DNA from: a virus
Taxonomy: Duplodnaviria; Caudoviricetes
Reading direction: 5' to 3' (one strand)
Virus record (IMG/VR): IMGVR_UViG_3300046804_003142
Coordinates: 1 to 38,805 of that record
DNA length: 38,805 nucleotides
Part shown: in pieces, positions 15,365-23,448 of the stretch
Position numbering within the stretch: the stretch's first letter is position 1
Layout: each line of letters starts with the position of its first letter
The notes under the pieces: model-generated
Databases searched by the model: none
Told to the model about the DNA's origin: nothing
What the model saw: the letters and a program-made list of their open reading frames with translations, nothing else
Position numbers and translations under genes: made by a program

Positions 15365-15915
15365 ACCACTTTTTTGATGACATCCAAGGCTGGTTCAACT
15401 TCACAAGACCGTATCGCGATGCGGTGCTAGCGGCACCAAAAAGCGGTGCAGTCTTCGTGGAGATCGGCTGCTGGAAAGGCAGATCGTCTGCGTTTTTGGG
15501 TGTCGAAATCGTCAACTCTGGCAAAGACATACAGTTATACTGCGTCGATCACTGGAAGGGATCTGACCAAGTCCACAAAGATGACCCGGAGCTGAAGTCG
15601 GTGTACTCAATCTTCAAAGCGAACATGAAGAAGATCGAAGGGTTAAAGATGACCCCCATTCGGTCTGACAGTGCCGGTGCCGCATCTAAGTTTGAGGATG
15701 GATCTGTCGATTTTGTGTGGATCGATGCCGGTCACGAGTACGAGGAAGTGAAGGCCGACATCGAAGCATGGATGCCGAAGCTGAAACGGGGTGGAGTCAT
15801 GGGAGGTGACGATTACCCGTTCGATGGTGTATCTAAGGCTGTGAAAGAATTACTGCCCAAGCACGAGGTAGGCTCAGAGAGCGGCTGGAAGTGGTGGCGC
15901 GTTAGAAAGGTCTAA
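15361..15915 (+). CDS. Class I SAM-dependent methyltransferase (Methyltransf_24-like)
   Basis: VEIGCWKGRS, CVDHW, DFVWIDAGH.YE.V..DI..W..KLK.GG..GDDY. Confidence 0.88.
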   Translation: MNHFFDDIQGWFNFTRPYRDAVLAAPKSGAVFVEIGCWKGRSSAFLGVEIVNSGKDIQLYCVDHWKGSDQVHKDDPELKSVYSIFKANMKKIEGLKMTPIRSDSAGAASKFEDGSVDFVWIDAGHEYEEVKADIEAWMPKLKRGGVMGGDDYPFDGVSKAVKELLPKHEVGSESGWKWWRVRKV

Positions 15916-15918
15916 GAT

Positions 15919-18165
15919 ATGGCGATTTCAGGATATGACCCCGACAACATTCCGGTATCCGTCTCAGCACCGCGTGCTTATGACGACGAAACGGGCATCC
16001 TGACACCAGGCATCAATGACGAGCCGATGGACGAGGAAGAGTTCCGCTCTCGCGTTCGTCAGGCGATTGAAGACGCAGCAGTTTATATCGATACCTATAT
16101 CGCGCCAGAGCGCGAGAACGCGATGTCCTACTATCTGGGCAACTCGTTTGGTGACGAGGAGCAGGGACGCTCTCAGGTCGTTATGACAGAGGTGCGCGAT
16201 ACAGTTTTGGCAATGCTTCCATCGTTGCTCCGTATCTTTACGGGTGGCGACAAGATCCTAGAGTTCGTTCCAAAGACCGCTGAAGATGTCGAAGTTGCTG
16301 AACAGATGACCGACTTCATCAACTATATCTTCATGCAGGAGAACCCAGGCTTCCGCATTCTCCATGACGCGATGAAAGATGCGCTCATCCTGAAAGAGGG
16401 TGTGCTTACTTGGTATAAGCAGGACAAAGAGACTGTCGAAGAGTATTCGTATTCCGGTCTCTCTCAAGAAGAAGCAGCACTGATTGCGCAAGACCCGCAA
16501 GTGACTGTTCTTGAGTTGCAGGAAGAGCAAATCTTCACAGCGCAAACGAATGTCGTGACGATGTCGCCAGACATGAACATGACACCGCGTGTCTTCTCGA
16601 TGCGCGTGAAGCGCGTAATCCGCGAGCCTCGCTATATCGTTGAATGTATTCCGGTCGAGCAATTCTTGATCGACAATCAGGCAACGAGCATCGATGACGC
16701 TTTGATCGCCGGTCGGCGTAAGCTCGCAACAGTGTCTGAGTTGGTGGCGATGGGCTACGACAAAGACATCGTTGAGATGAATGCCGGTTCTGGTGGTTTT
16801 GAATTGAATATGGAAACTCTGGTCCGTAATCCTGCTGACCAGTCGTTCTTTGGGGTGGCAAATGGAAACGACGAAAGCACAGATAAAGTCTACTACGTTG
16901 AAGCCTATATCCGCATCGACAAAGATGGCGACGGTATCGCCGAACTGCATAAAGTCTGCACAGTCGGCAATGGTGGTTACATCGTCCACCAAGAAATAGT
17001 TACAGAAATCCCGTTCGCGACGCTGTCGCCAGATCCGACACCGCACACGATTTTCGGTAAGTCGATTGCTGATCAGACGATGGACCTGCAACTGATAAAG
17101 TCTAACATCATGCGTAACACGCTTGACTCGTTGGCTCAGTCGATCCATCCGCGCACGGGGTTTGTTGAAGGTCAGGTCAACGTAGACGATCTGATGAACA
17201 ACGAGACAGGCGCGCTGATCCGTATGCGGTCACCGGGTGCGATTGTCCCGTTTGCAACACCGTTTGTCGGTCAACCGGCGCTTGGTGTCATGGGCTATCT
17301 CGATGAGATCAAGACGCAGCGCACGGGTATCTCGCGCGCTTCGCAGGGCTTGGATGCAGAGGCACTCCAATCCACGACACGCGCCGCAGTACAGGCGCAG
17401 TTGTCCTCATCGCAAGAGCGCATCGAGATGATCGCGCGTCTCTTTGGTGATGGCTTGAAGCGTTGCTTTAAGGGTTTACTGCATCTCGTTGTGCAGCATC
17501 AGGATAAGCCGAAGATTATTCGTCTTCGCAACAAGTTCGTCCCCATCGATCCGCGCGGCTGGACAGCTGATATGGATATGGTGGTCAACATTGCTTTAGG
17601 CCGTGGCTCAGATGAGCAACGGATGATGTTCTTGCAGCAAATCGCCGCGAAGCAGGAGCAGATCCTTCAGCAGTATGGACCGAACAACCCGATGGTCTCG
17701 ATCCAACAGTATGTCTCGACGCTGAACCAGATCACCCAGTTGGCTGGCTTCCAGAACCCGGCGCAGTTCTACTCAGAGCCAACGCCAGAGCAGATTCAGC
17801 AATACATGCAAGCGATGCAGCCGAAGCAGAAGGCAGACCCCGCCGAGATGCTTGCGCAGGTCGAGGCAGAGAAGACCCGCGCCGACATTCTCATCGCTGC
17901 CGCGAAGCAGGAACTCGAAACCAAGAAGGCGCAAGCAGACGCGGATCTAAAGCGCGATCAGCTAATTGCCGATGTGATGCTCCGTGCCGCCGAGATCCAG
18001 GCGAAGTATGGCGCACAGGTCGATGTGGCGAGCATCAACGCAGAGGTGAACCGGCAACGCGCAGAGATCGAGGCCATGTTCTCAATCCAGTCACAGCGTG
18101 AGCAGGCCATGATGCAGACGCAGATGCCACAGCAAATGCAACCCATGATGCCAGGGATGATGTAA
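15919..18165 (+). CDS. Portal protein (P22-like podovirus type) with a long Gln-rich C-terminal barrel
   Basis: 748 aa, between terL and the scaffold gene; RSQVV...VRDTV...LP.LLRIF and a helical Q-rich tail. Confidence 0.88.
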   Translation: MAISGYDPDNIPVSVSAPRAYDDETGILTPGINDEPMDEEEFRSRVRQAIEDAAVYIDTYIAPERENAMSYYLGNSFGDEEQGRSQVVMTEVRDTVLAMLPSLLRIFTGGDKILEFVPKTAEDVEVAEQMTDFINYIFMQENPGFRILHDAMKDALILKEGVLTWYKQDKETVEEYSYSGLSQEEAALIAQDPQVTVLELQEEQIFTAQTNVVTMSPDMNMTPRVFSMRVKRVIREPRYIVECIPVEQFLIDNQATSIDDALIAGRRKLATVSELVAMGYDKDIVEMNAGSGGFELNMETLVRNPADQSFFGVANGNDESTDKVYYVEAYIRIDKDGDGIAELHKVCTVGNGGYIVHQEIVTEIPFATLSPDPTPHTIFGKSIADQTMDLQLIKSNIMRNTLDSLAQSIHPRTGFVEGQVNVDDLMNNETGALIRMRSPGAIVPFATPFVGQPALGVMGYLDEIKTQRTGISRASQGLDAEALQSTTRAAVQAQLSSSQERIEMIARLFGDGLKRCFKGLLHLVVQHQDKPKIIRLRNKFVPIDPRGWTADMDMVVNIALGRGSDEQRMMFLQQIAAKQEQILQQYGPNNPMVSIQQYVSTLNQITQLAGFQNPAQFYSEPTPEQIQQYMQAMQPKQKADPAEMLAQVEAEKTRADILIAAAKQELETKKAQADADLKRDQLIADVMLRAAEIQAKYGAQVDVASINAEVNRQRAEIEAMFSIQSQREQAMMQTQMPQQMQPMMPGMM

Positions 18166-18410
18166 TGGACGATCAGGATCTCTTCCGCGCAGCACAGGCA
18201 CTGAAGAACAGTGTTGCGAATAAGGCACTCTTTGATGCGTTGCGGGATAAGTACACCAAGGTCTGGATGACCTCACCCCCGCAAGACGCAGACATTAGGA
18301 ATGACGCGTATATGATGGTGCGCGCCATCGCAGATCTACAGGGGCAGATTGAGGCGCTAGCCGGTACCCCAGATGTAGTCGCGTTTAACCGCCGCTTGAA
18401 GGGGCGATAA
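18165..18410 (+). CDS. Small protein between portal and scaffold
   Basis: 81 aa, coupled to the portal stop; helical. Confidence 0.75.
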   Translation: MDDQDLFRAAQALKNSVANKALFDALRDKYTKVWMTSPPQDADIRNDAYMMVRAIADLQGQIEALAGTPDVVAFNRRLKGR

Positions 18411-18425
18411 TTTAGGAGTATTTAC

Positions 18426-19454
18426 ATGAGCAATTCAGCCGAGCAGTCGCAGACCCGCGAAATCGGCGTTTCAGAAGCTGCAACTCGTATGGCGGCGTTA
18501 CTGGGAGGCGATGAGCCGAAGCCCAACACGCAACCGGAGCCAGCTCCTGCCGAGGCATTAGAGGCCGAGGCGACGGCAGATGAGGTCGAAGAGACCCCAG
18601 TGCAAGAAGATGGTCTATCCGTTAAGGATACTGACGGCACTGAGGAGACCGCAGATGTCGTGGACGAAGAAGGTAGTGCGGTTGAGAATCTCTCACCGGA
18701 AACCCTCGTAACCGTCAAGATCGACGGCAAGACGCAGGAGATTCCGCTTAAAGAGGCTCTCGAAGGCTATCAACGGCAGTCCGATTATTCGCGCAGGATG
18801 AACGAACTCCGTCAGGAGAAAGCGTCATTCGAGCAAGAATTTGAGGCAGTTAGAACGGAACGCCAGCAATACGCGACCCTGATTAACGCGCTTGATGCAC
18901 AGCTCAAAGAGATGATGCCGCAAGAGCCAGATTGGGAACGGTTGCATAAGGAAGACCCGCTCAACTTTCCTCTGGTCGAAAAACAGTGGCGTGATTACCA
19001 AGCACGCCTAGCTGCGACGCAAGCCGAAAAGGAACGTCTCAGCTATTTGCAGCAGAAGGAAGAGCAAGATCGGTTGAAGACCATTGTGGATCAAGGTCGC
19101 CAGTATTTGGTGAAGCAGGTTCCAGAATGGAATGATCCGAACAAGTGGAACGAGGCGCGTTCTCGTCTGAAGGAATACGGTCAGAAGGTTGGCTACTCCG
19201 AAGACGAACTCGCACAAGCCTATGATCCACGAGCAATTCTTGTTCTTGAGAAGGCGAGAAAGTACGACGAACTAATAGCTAAGAGACCACAGCCTGATAA
19301 GAAGGAAGGTCCAAAGCCGTTACGTTCTGGTACGCCTGCATCTGCTCCGAAACAACAGACCGAAGTTACCCGCGCGAAAATGCGTCTCAGTAAAACCGGT
19401 AGCGTCGATGACGCTGCTAGACTCTTTGGCCTAATGGAAAGCAGGAGAAGATAA
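18426..19454 (+). CDS. Capsid scaffolding protein
   Basis: Acidic N-terminus, TVKIDG...L.E...GYQRQSDYSR, coiled coil; directly precedes the capsid gene. Confidence 0.85.
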   Translation: MSNSAEQSQTREIGVSEAATRMAALLGGDEPKPNTQPEPAPAEALEAEATADEVEETPVQEDGLSVKDTDGTEETADVVDEEGSAVENLSPETLVTVKIDGKTQEIPLKEALEGYQRQSDYSRRMNELRQEKASFEQEFEAVRTERQQYATLINALDAQLKEMMPQEPDWERLHKEDPLNFPLVEKQWRDYQARLAATQAEKERLSYLQQKEEQDRLKTIVDQGRQYLVKQVPEWNDPNKWNEARSRLKEYGQKVGYSEDELAQAYDPRAILVLEKARKYDELIAKRPQPDKKEGPKPLRSGTPASAPKQQTEVTRAKMRLSKTGSVDDAARLFGLMESRRR

Positions 19455-20434
19455 TGACTTCCGTAGCTAACGTAAAAACCTATCTTGCTGTTAACGAACA
19501 GCGCGAAGACCTCTCGAATATCATCTATGACATCAGCCCGACCTCGACCCCGTTCATGTCGAACGTAGGCCGCGACACGGCAGACAATACCTACTTCGAA
19601 TGGCAGACCGATTCTCTCGCAGCAGCGAACGGTTCTAATGCTCTTGTCGAAGGCGCAGATGCCGGTAACACGGACTTCACCGACACGAACCGCGTTGCGA
19701 ACTACACGCAGATCAGCGGCAAGGTCGTTGCAGTTTCTGGCACGGCGCAGGCTGTTAACATGGCCGGTATGCGTACGCTCTTGGCTTACAACCAAGCCAA
19801 GGCTGCGAAGGAACTCAAGCGCGACATGGAAAAGATCCTCCTGTCGAACCAAGCTGCTTCAGCTGGCAACAGCTCAACGGCTCGTTACACCGCTGGTGTT
19901 CCTGCTTGGTTGATCACGAACTCTGTTGCGAACGGCGCAACCGCTCCGACGCTTTCGTCTTCACCGAACGGCTACCCGAACGCTGCTTGGACGAACCTCT
20001 CGACCGCGACAGACGTTGCATTCACTGAAACGATGCTCAAGACAGCGATCCAGAACGTCTGGTCGCAGGGCGGCGAAGCGAAGATCCTCATGACCGGTCC
20101 TTACAACAAGACCGTCGCATCAGGCTTCTCTGGTATTGCTCAACAGCGCATCACTTACAATCAGGTGCAGCCTGCTGGCATTATTGCCACCGCTGATGTC
20201 TATTTATCCGACTTCGGTGAGGTGTCGATGGTGCCAAATCGGTTTGCCGATGAGCGTTTCGCACTCGTCCTCGATCCAGAATACGCATCTGTTGCGTATC
20301 TCCGTCCCTTCGAAACAATCGACATCGCTGCAACTGGCGACTCGATGAAGAAGGAACTCGTCGTTGAGTACGGCTTGCGCATGAAGGCTGAGAAGGCCCA
20401 TGCTGCAATCGCAAACCTCACGACATCTGCCTGA
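19454..20434 (+). CDS. Major capsid protein (DUF5309-like)
   Basis: REDLSNIIYDISP..TPF...EWQTDSL...EG.D...NYTQI...ELKRDME...Y.SDFG...LRPF...GDS.K...EYGL. Confidence 0.9.
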   Translation: MTSVANVKTYLAVNEQREDLSNIIYDISPTSTPFMSNVGRDTADNTYFEWQTDSLAAANGSNALVEGADAGNTDFTDTNRVANYTQISGKVVAVSGTAQAVNMAGMRTLLAYNQAKAAKELKRDMEKILLSNQAASAGNSSTARYTAGVPAWLITNSVANGATAPTLSSSPNGYPNAAWTNLSTATDVAFTETMLKTAIQNVWSQGGEAKILMTGPYNKTVASGFSGIAQQRITYNQVQPAGIIATADVYLSDFGEVSMVPNRFADERFALVLDPEYASVAYLRPFETIDIAATGDSMKKELVVEYGLRMKAEKAHAAIANLTTSA

Positions 20435-20440
20435 TAATAG

Positions 20441-20472
20441 AGAGGGGCGGTACGCCGCCCCTCTTTTCTCTT
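20441..20472 (+). terminator. Rho-independent terminator after the major capsid gene
   Basis: AGAGGGGCGG-TACG-CCGCCCCTCT-TTTCTCTT; perfect 10-bp stem. Confidence 0.85.
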
Positions 20473-20482
20473 GGGGAGCACC

Positions 20483-20812
20483 ATGAGCGATAAAGACTAC
20501 GCACCTGGCGAATTTACACTTGGTTATGACGGGTTCACGGGAACTCTCACCAAGATGAAGGTCGAGCATGATGGCACGATGCATTTCATTGATACGACTG
20601 ACATTTCAGACGTGGCAAAATTCAATCAGGAAGAAATGAACGGTGTTTCACGGACGACCAGATCTGGAGATATGGTTAGAGTGGCTCGTCTTCCTATGCT
20701 TGTTTTGTTGCAGCTTAAGGAGCGTGGTATTCTTCACGACAAGACTGCATTGAAACGCTGGCTTAATACCGAAGAAGCGCGACCATACCGGACGCACCAT
20801 TACACGAGTTGA
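20483..20812 (+). CDS. Conserved phage hypothetical protein
   Basis: GGGGAG RBS before the ATG at 20483; VARLP...W.N.E...RT pattern. Confidence 0.75.
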   Translation: MSDKDYAPGEFTLGYDGFTGTLTKMKVEHDGTMHFIDTTDISDVAKFNQEEMNGVSRTTRSGDMVRVARLPMLVLLQLKERGILHDKTALKRWLNTEEARPYRTHHYTS

Positions 20813-20814
20813 CG

Positions 20815-21432
20815 ATGACAATTACGAGTTACGCCACACTCCAGTCCGAAATTGCGTCATGGCTGAACCGCGATGACCTGACCGCGATCATCCCGACATT
20901 CATCCAGTTTGTCGAAGCTGATGTTAACAGCCGTTTACGCCACCAGAAGATGGTTGTGCGTGCTCAGGCTACGAGTAACCAAGAATATGTTCAGCTACCC
21001 GGTGACTGGCTTGAGGCGATCAACATCCATATCGTCGATGGGGCACAGCCACTGCGTTATGTGACTCTTGATGAGGCTGACCGGATCAACAAGCAGCAGA
21101 TCATCACTCAGCCGTCCTTCTACTCGATCATGGACGATGCGCTTGAGATTGTCCCAGCACCGGAATCGAATATCGACATTGAGATGATCTATTACGGTAA
21201 GATCACTTCTCTGAGCAATCAAAACACCTCAAACTGGCTTTTGGTAAAAGCGCCAGATCTGTATCTCTACGGTTCACTCGTTCACGCTTCACCATATCTG
21301 TTAGATGATCAGCGTGTCGGGATGTTCGCGAACATGTATAATTCGCGTCTTGAGTCACTGGCCTTGGAAAGCGATAAGGCGGTGCATAGTGGTGGTCCCC
21401 TAGTCGCTCGCACGCGCAAAACTTACGGATAA
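20815..21432 (+). CDS. Head-tail adaptor / tail tubular A-like protein
   Basis: Y..LQSEIASWLNRDDLT..IP.FI...EA...LP.DWLE...P.P...NWLL..APDLYLYGSL. Confidence 0.75.
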   Translation: MTITSYATLQSEIASWLNRDDLTAIIPTFIQFVEADVNSRLRHQKMVVRAQATSNQEYVQLPGDWLEAINIHIVDGAQPLRYVTLDEADRINKQQIITQPSFYSIMDDALEIVPAPESNIDIEMIYYGKITSLSNQNTSNWLLVKAPDLYLYGSLVHASPYLLDDQRVGMFANMYNSRLESLALESDKAVHSGGPLVARTRKTYG

Positions 21433-21442
21433 GGAGTTACAA

Positions 21443-21835
21443 ATGGCCGGTTTTACCAATTTTACTGAAAACCTCGTCCTGAACTGGGTTTTTACGAGCA
21501 ACTCTGCAACGCGTCCGACAGCGTGGTACGTTGCGCTTTACACAGTTGCTCCAGGTGAAGCAGGCGGTGGCACTGAGTGCTCTGGCACTGGATATGCTCG
21601 CCAAGCAGCAACCTTTACGGTTACAGGCACAGCTCCGACAACGGCCTCTAACAGTTCCGCAATCGAATTCCCTACAGCTGGCGGTTCATGGGGAACGATT
21701 GTCGCGGCAGGTATCTTTGATGCGTCTTCAAGCGGCAACCTATTAGCTTTTGCTGATCTTACGACATCCAAGGCTATCGACACTGGCGACGTTCTTCGCT
21801 TCAACACGGGCGCTTTGACCATCACGTTGGACTAA
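21443..21835 (+). CDS. Virion structural protein (small beta-rich tail-associated protein)
   Basis: YVALYT..P...GTE..G.GYARQ...N...IEFPTA..WGTI...GIFDA...GNLL. Confidence 0.7.
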   Translation: MAGFTNFTENLVLNWVFTSNSATRPTAWYVALYTVAPGEAGGGTECSGTGYARQAATFTVTGTAPTTASNSSAIEFPTAGGSWGTIVAAGIFDASSSGNLLAFADLTTSKAIDTGDVLRFNTGALTITLD

Positions 21836-21838
21836 TAG

Positions 21839-22663
21839 ATGTCGCGCGACTATGGACTCTCAGACTATGGCGTAGGGGTCTATAGTGACGATCTCGTCAA
21901 TGGGCGAGACTATGGCTTATACGACTACGGTTTAGGTGTTTACGGTCAGGTTAGCGTCTCAGATGCAACTGCCGCTATTGCCGTGCAAAGCAATGCCACT
22001 GCCGCAGTTGTGCGTATCGTCGACGCGACGCTTACAGTCATATCTGTCTCGTCGTCAGGTGCAGCCGCCGCTGATACAGAGATCGCGTATTGCGACATAG
22101 CTGTTACGAGCAGCGCTACAGCGTCAGCGCAACGGGTCAGAGAAGTCAGTGCTGCCGGTGCTTCGACGAGCAACTCTGCTGCGAACGCTTATGCAATTAG
22201 GGGTGCGTCTGCTGCTATCGCGGCGCAGTCTGGCGCAACGGCAAATCCGTATGTCGTACAACTTGCAGAGGCAATCGGTACAAGCGAGAGCGATGGCGTA
22301 TTTACACCGACACGCGTTATGCCAGGAGCGGCTGCGGGTGTCGCTCAGTCTGGTTCCACAGCAGGTGCAACTGTTACATGGCGTGGTTTGCTAGACATCG
22401 TTGCTGCTTCGACAGCGACAGCGCAGGCGCAAGCAACACTTGTTGGTGTAGCTACGGGTGCATCGACGACGAGTATGAGTGCAACGGCACGCTATCTCTG
22501 GGAAGACGAGACCGTATTACCGGAGACGTGGCAAACGCAAGAAAATGTGGTAGAGAATTGGTCAGCGCAAAGTGTTAGCTCTGAGTCATGGACAGGCGAG
22601 GTTGTGCCGTCAGCGACGTGGGTACCGCAGACCGTCTCTTCTGAGACTTGGACAGCTAACTAG
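21839..22663 (+). CDS. Repetitive Ala/Ser/Thr-rich virion fibre or spike protein
   Basis: Duplicated RDYGL.DYG.GVY N-terminus, periodic Ala-rich middle, and a Trp every 10 residues at the C-terminus. Confidence 0.7.
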   Translation: MSRDYGLSDYGVGVYSDDLVNGRDYGLYDYGLGVYGQVSVSDATAAIAVQSNATAAVVRIVDATLTVISVSSSGAAAADTEIAYCDIAVTSSATASAQRVREVSAAGASTSNSAANAYAIRGASAAIAAQSGATANPYVVQLAEAIGTSESDGVFTPTRVMPGAAAGVAQSGSTAGATVTWRGLLDIVAASTATAQAQATLVGVATGASTTSMSATARYLWEDETVLPETWQTQENVVENWSAQSVSSESWTGEVVPSATWVPQTVSSETWTAN

Positions 22664-22674
22664 GAGTAGGGCCG

Positions 22675-23445
22675 ATGGCTGATTCATATACGACTAACCT
22701 AAACCTGACGAAGCCTGAAGTAGGCGCGTCTCGCGACACTTGGGGTACAAAGATTAACAGCGACCTTGATACGGTCGATGGTCTCTTTAACGCTGCCGGT
22801 AATGGCACGTCAGTTGGTCTGAATGTCGGCGCGGGTAAAACCCTTTCAGTTGCAGGAACGCTGACAGTGACGGGTTCTGCGGCTCTTGGAACGCCGTCTT
22901 CAGTAACTCTGACAAACGCTACCGGGTTGCCGATTTCGACTGGTGTTTCCGGTCTTGGCACTGGTATCGCGACGTTCTTGGCGACACCATCAAGCGCAAA
23001 TCTTGCCTCTGCCGTGACAGATGAGACCGGATCTGGTGCTCTCGTATTCGGCACATCTCCTACGATTTCTGGTCCGACTGTCAGCGGCACGGCAACCTTT
23101 AGCGGCACGATGTCGGCTACTGGTAATGCGTATATGGCGATTGATGCGCTGACAGATGCCTCGACGATTGCAGTCGATATGTCGGTCGGTAACAACTTCT
23201 CGGTAACCCTTGGTGGAAACCGGACGCTTGGCAATCCGACAAACCTGACGGCTGGTCAGTCTGGTGTGATCTTCATCACTCAGGACGGCACAGGTTCTCG
23301 GACGCTGGCTTACTCGTCCTATTGGGACTTCCCGTCTCAGACGGCTCCTACGCTCACGACAACGGCTAATGCAGTGGATGTGTTGGTTTATACAGTCCGT
23401 TCATCGACAAGCATTGCGGCTCAACTTCTGACCAATATCGGGTGA
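22675..23445 (+). CDS. Tail fibre proximal subunit
   Basis: [18 protein letters not shown] anchor motif, [11 protein letters not shown] segment, and a C-terminal NRTL.NP.N...QDGTGSRT domain. Confidence 0.8.
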   Translation: MADSYTTNLNLTKPEVGASRDTWGTKINSDLDTVDGLFNAAGNGTSVGLNVGAGKTLSVAGTLTVTGSAALGTPSSVTLTNATGLPISTGVSGLGTGIATFLATPSSANLASAVTDETGSGALVFGTSPTISGPTVSGTATFSGTMSATGNAYMAIDALTDASTIAVDMSVGNNFSVTLGGNRTLGNPTNLTAGQSGVIFITQDGTGSRTLAYSSYWDFPSQTAPTLTTTANAVDVLVYTVRSSTSIAAQLLTNIG

Positions 23446-23448
23446 CAA

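Noticed and set aside
15361-15915. DNA methyltransferase of a restriction-modification system
   Set aside because: It lacks DNA MTase catalytic motifs and matches the small-molecule/glycan O-methyltransferase pattern.
16258-17148. Long antisense ORFs (296 aa here; also 19220-19852, 13496-14113, 22656-23234, 37228-37806)
   Set aside because: They are shadows of well-supported + strand genes and have no recognisable motifs.
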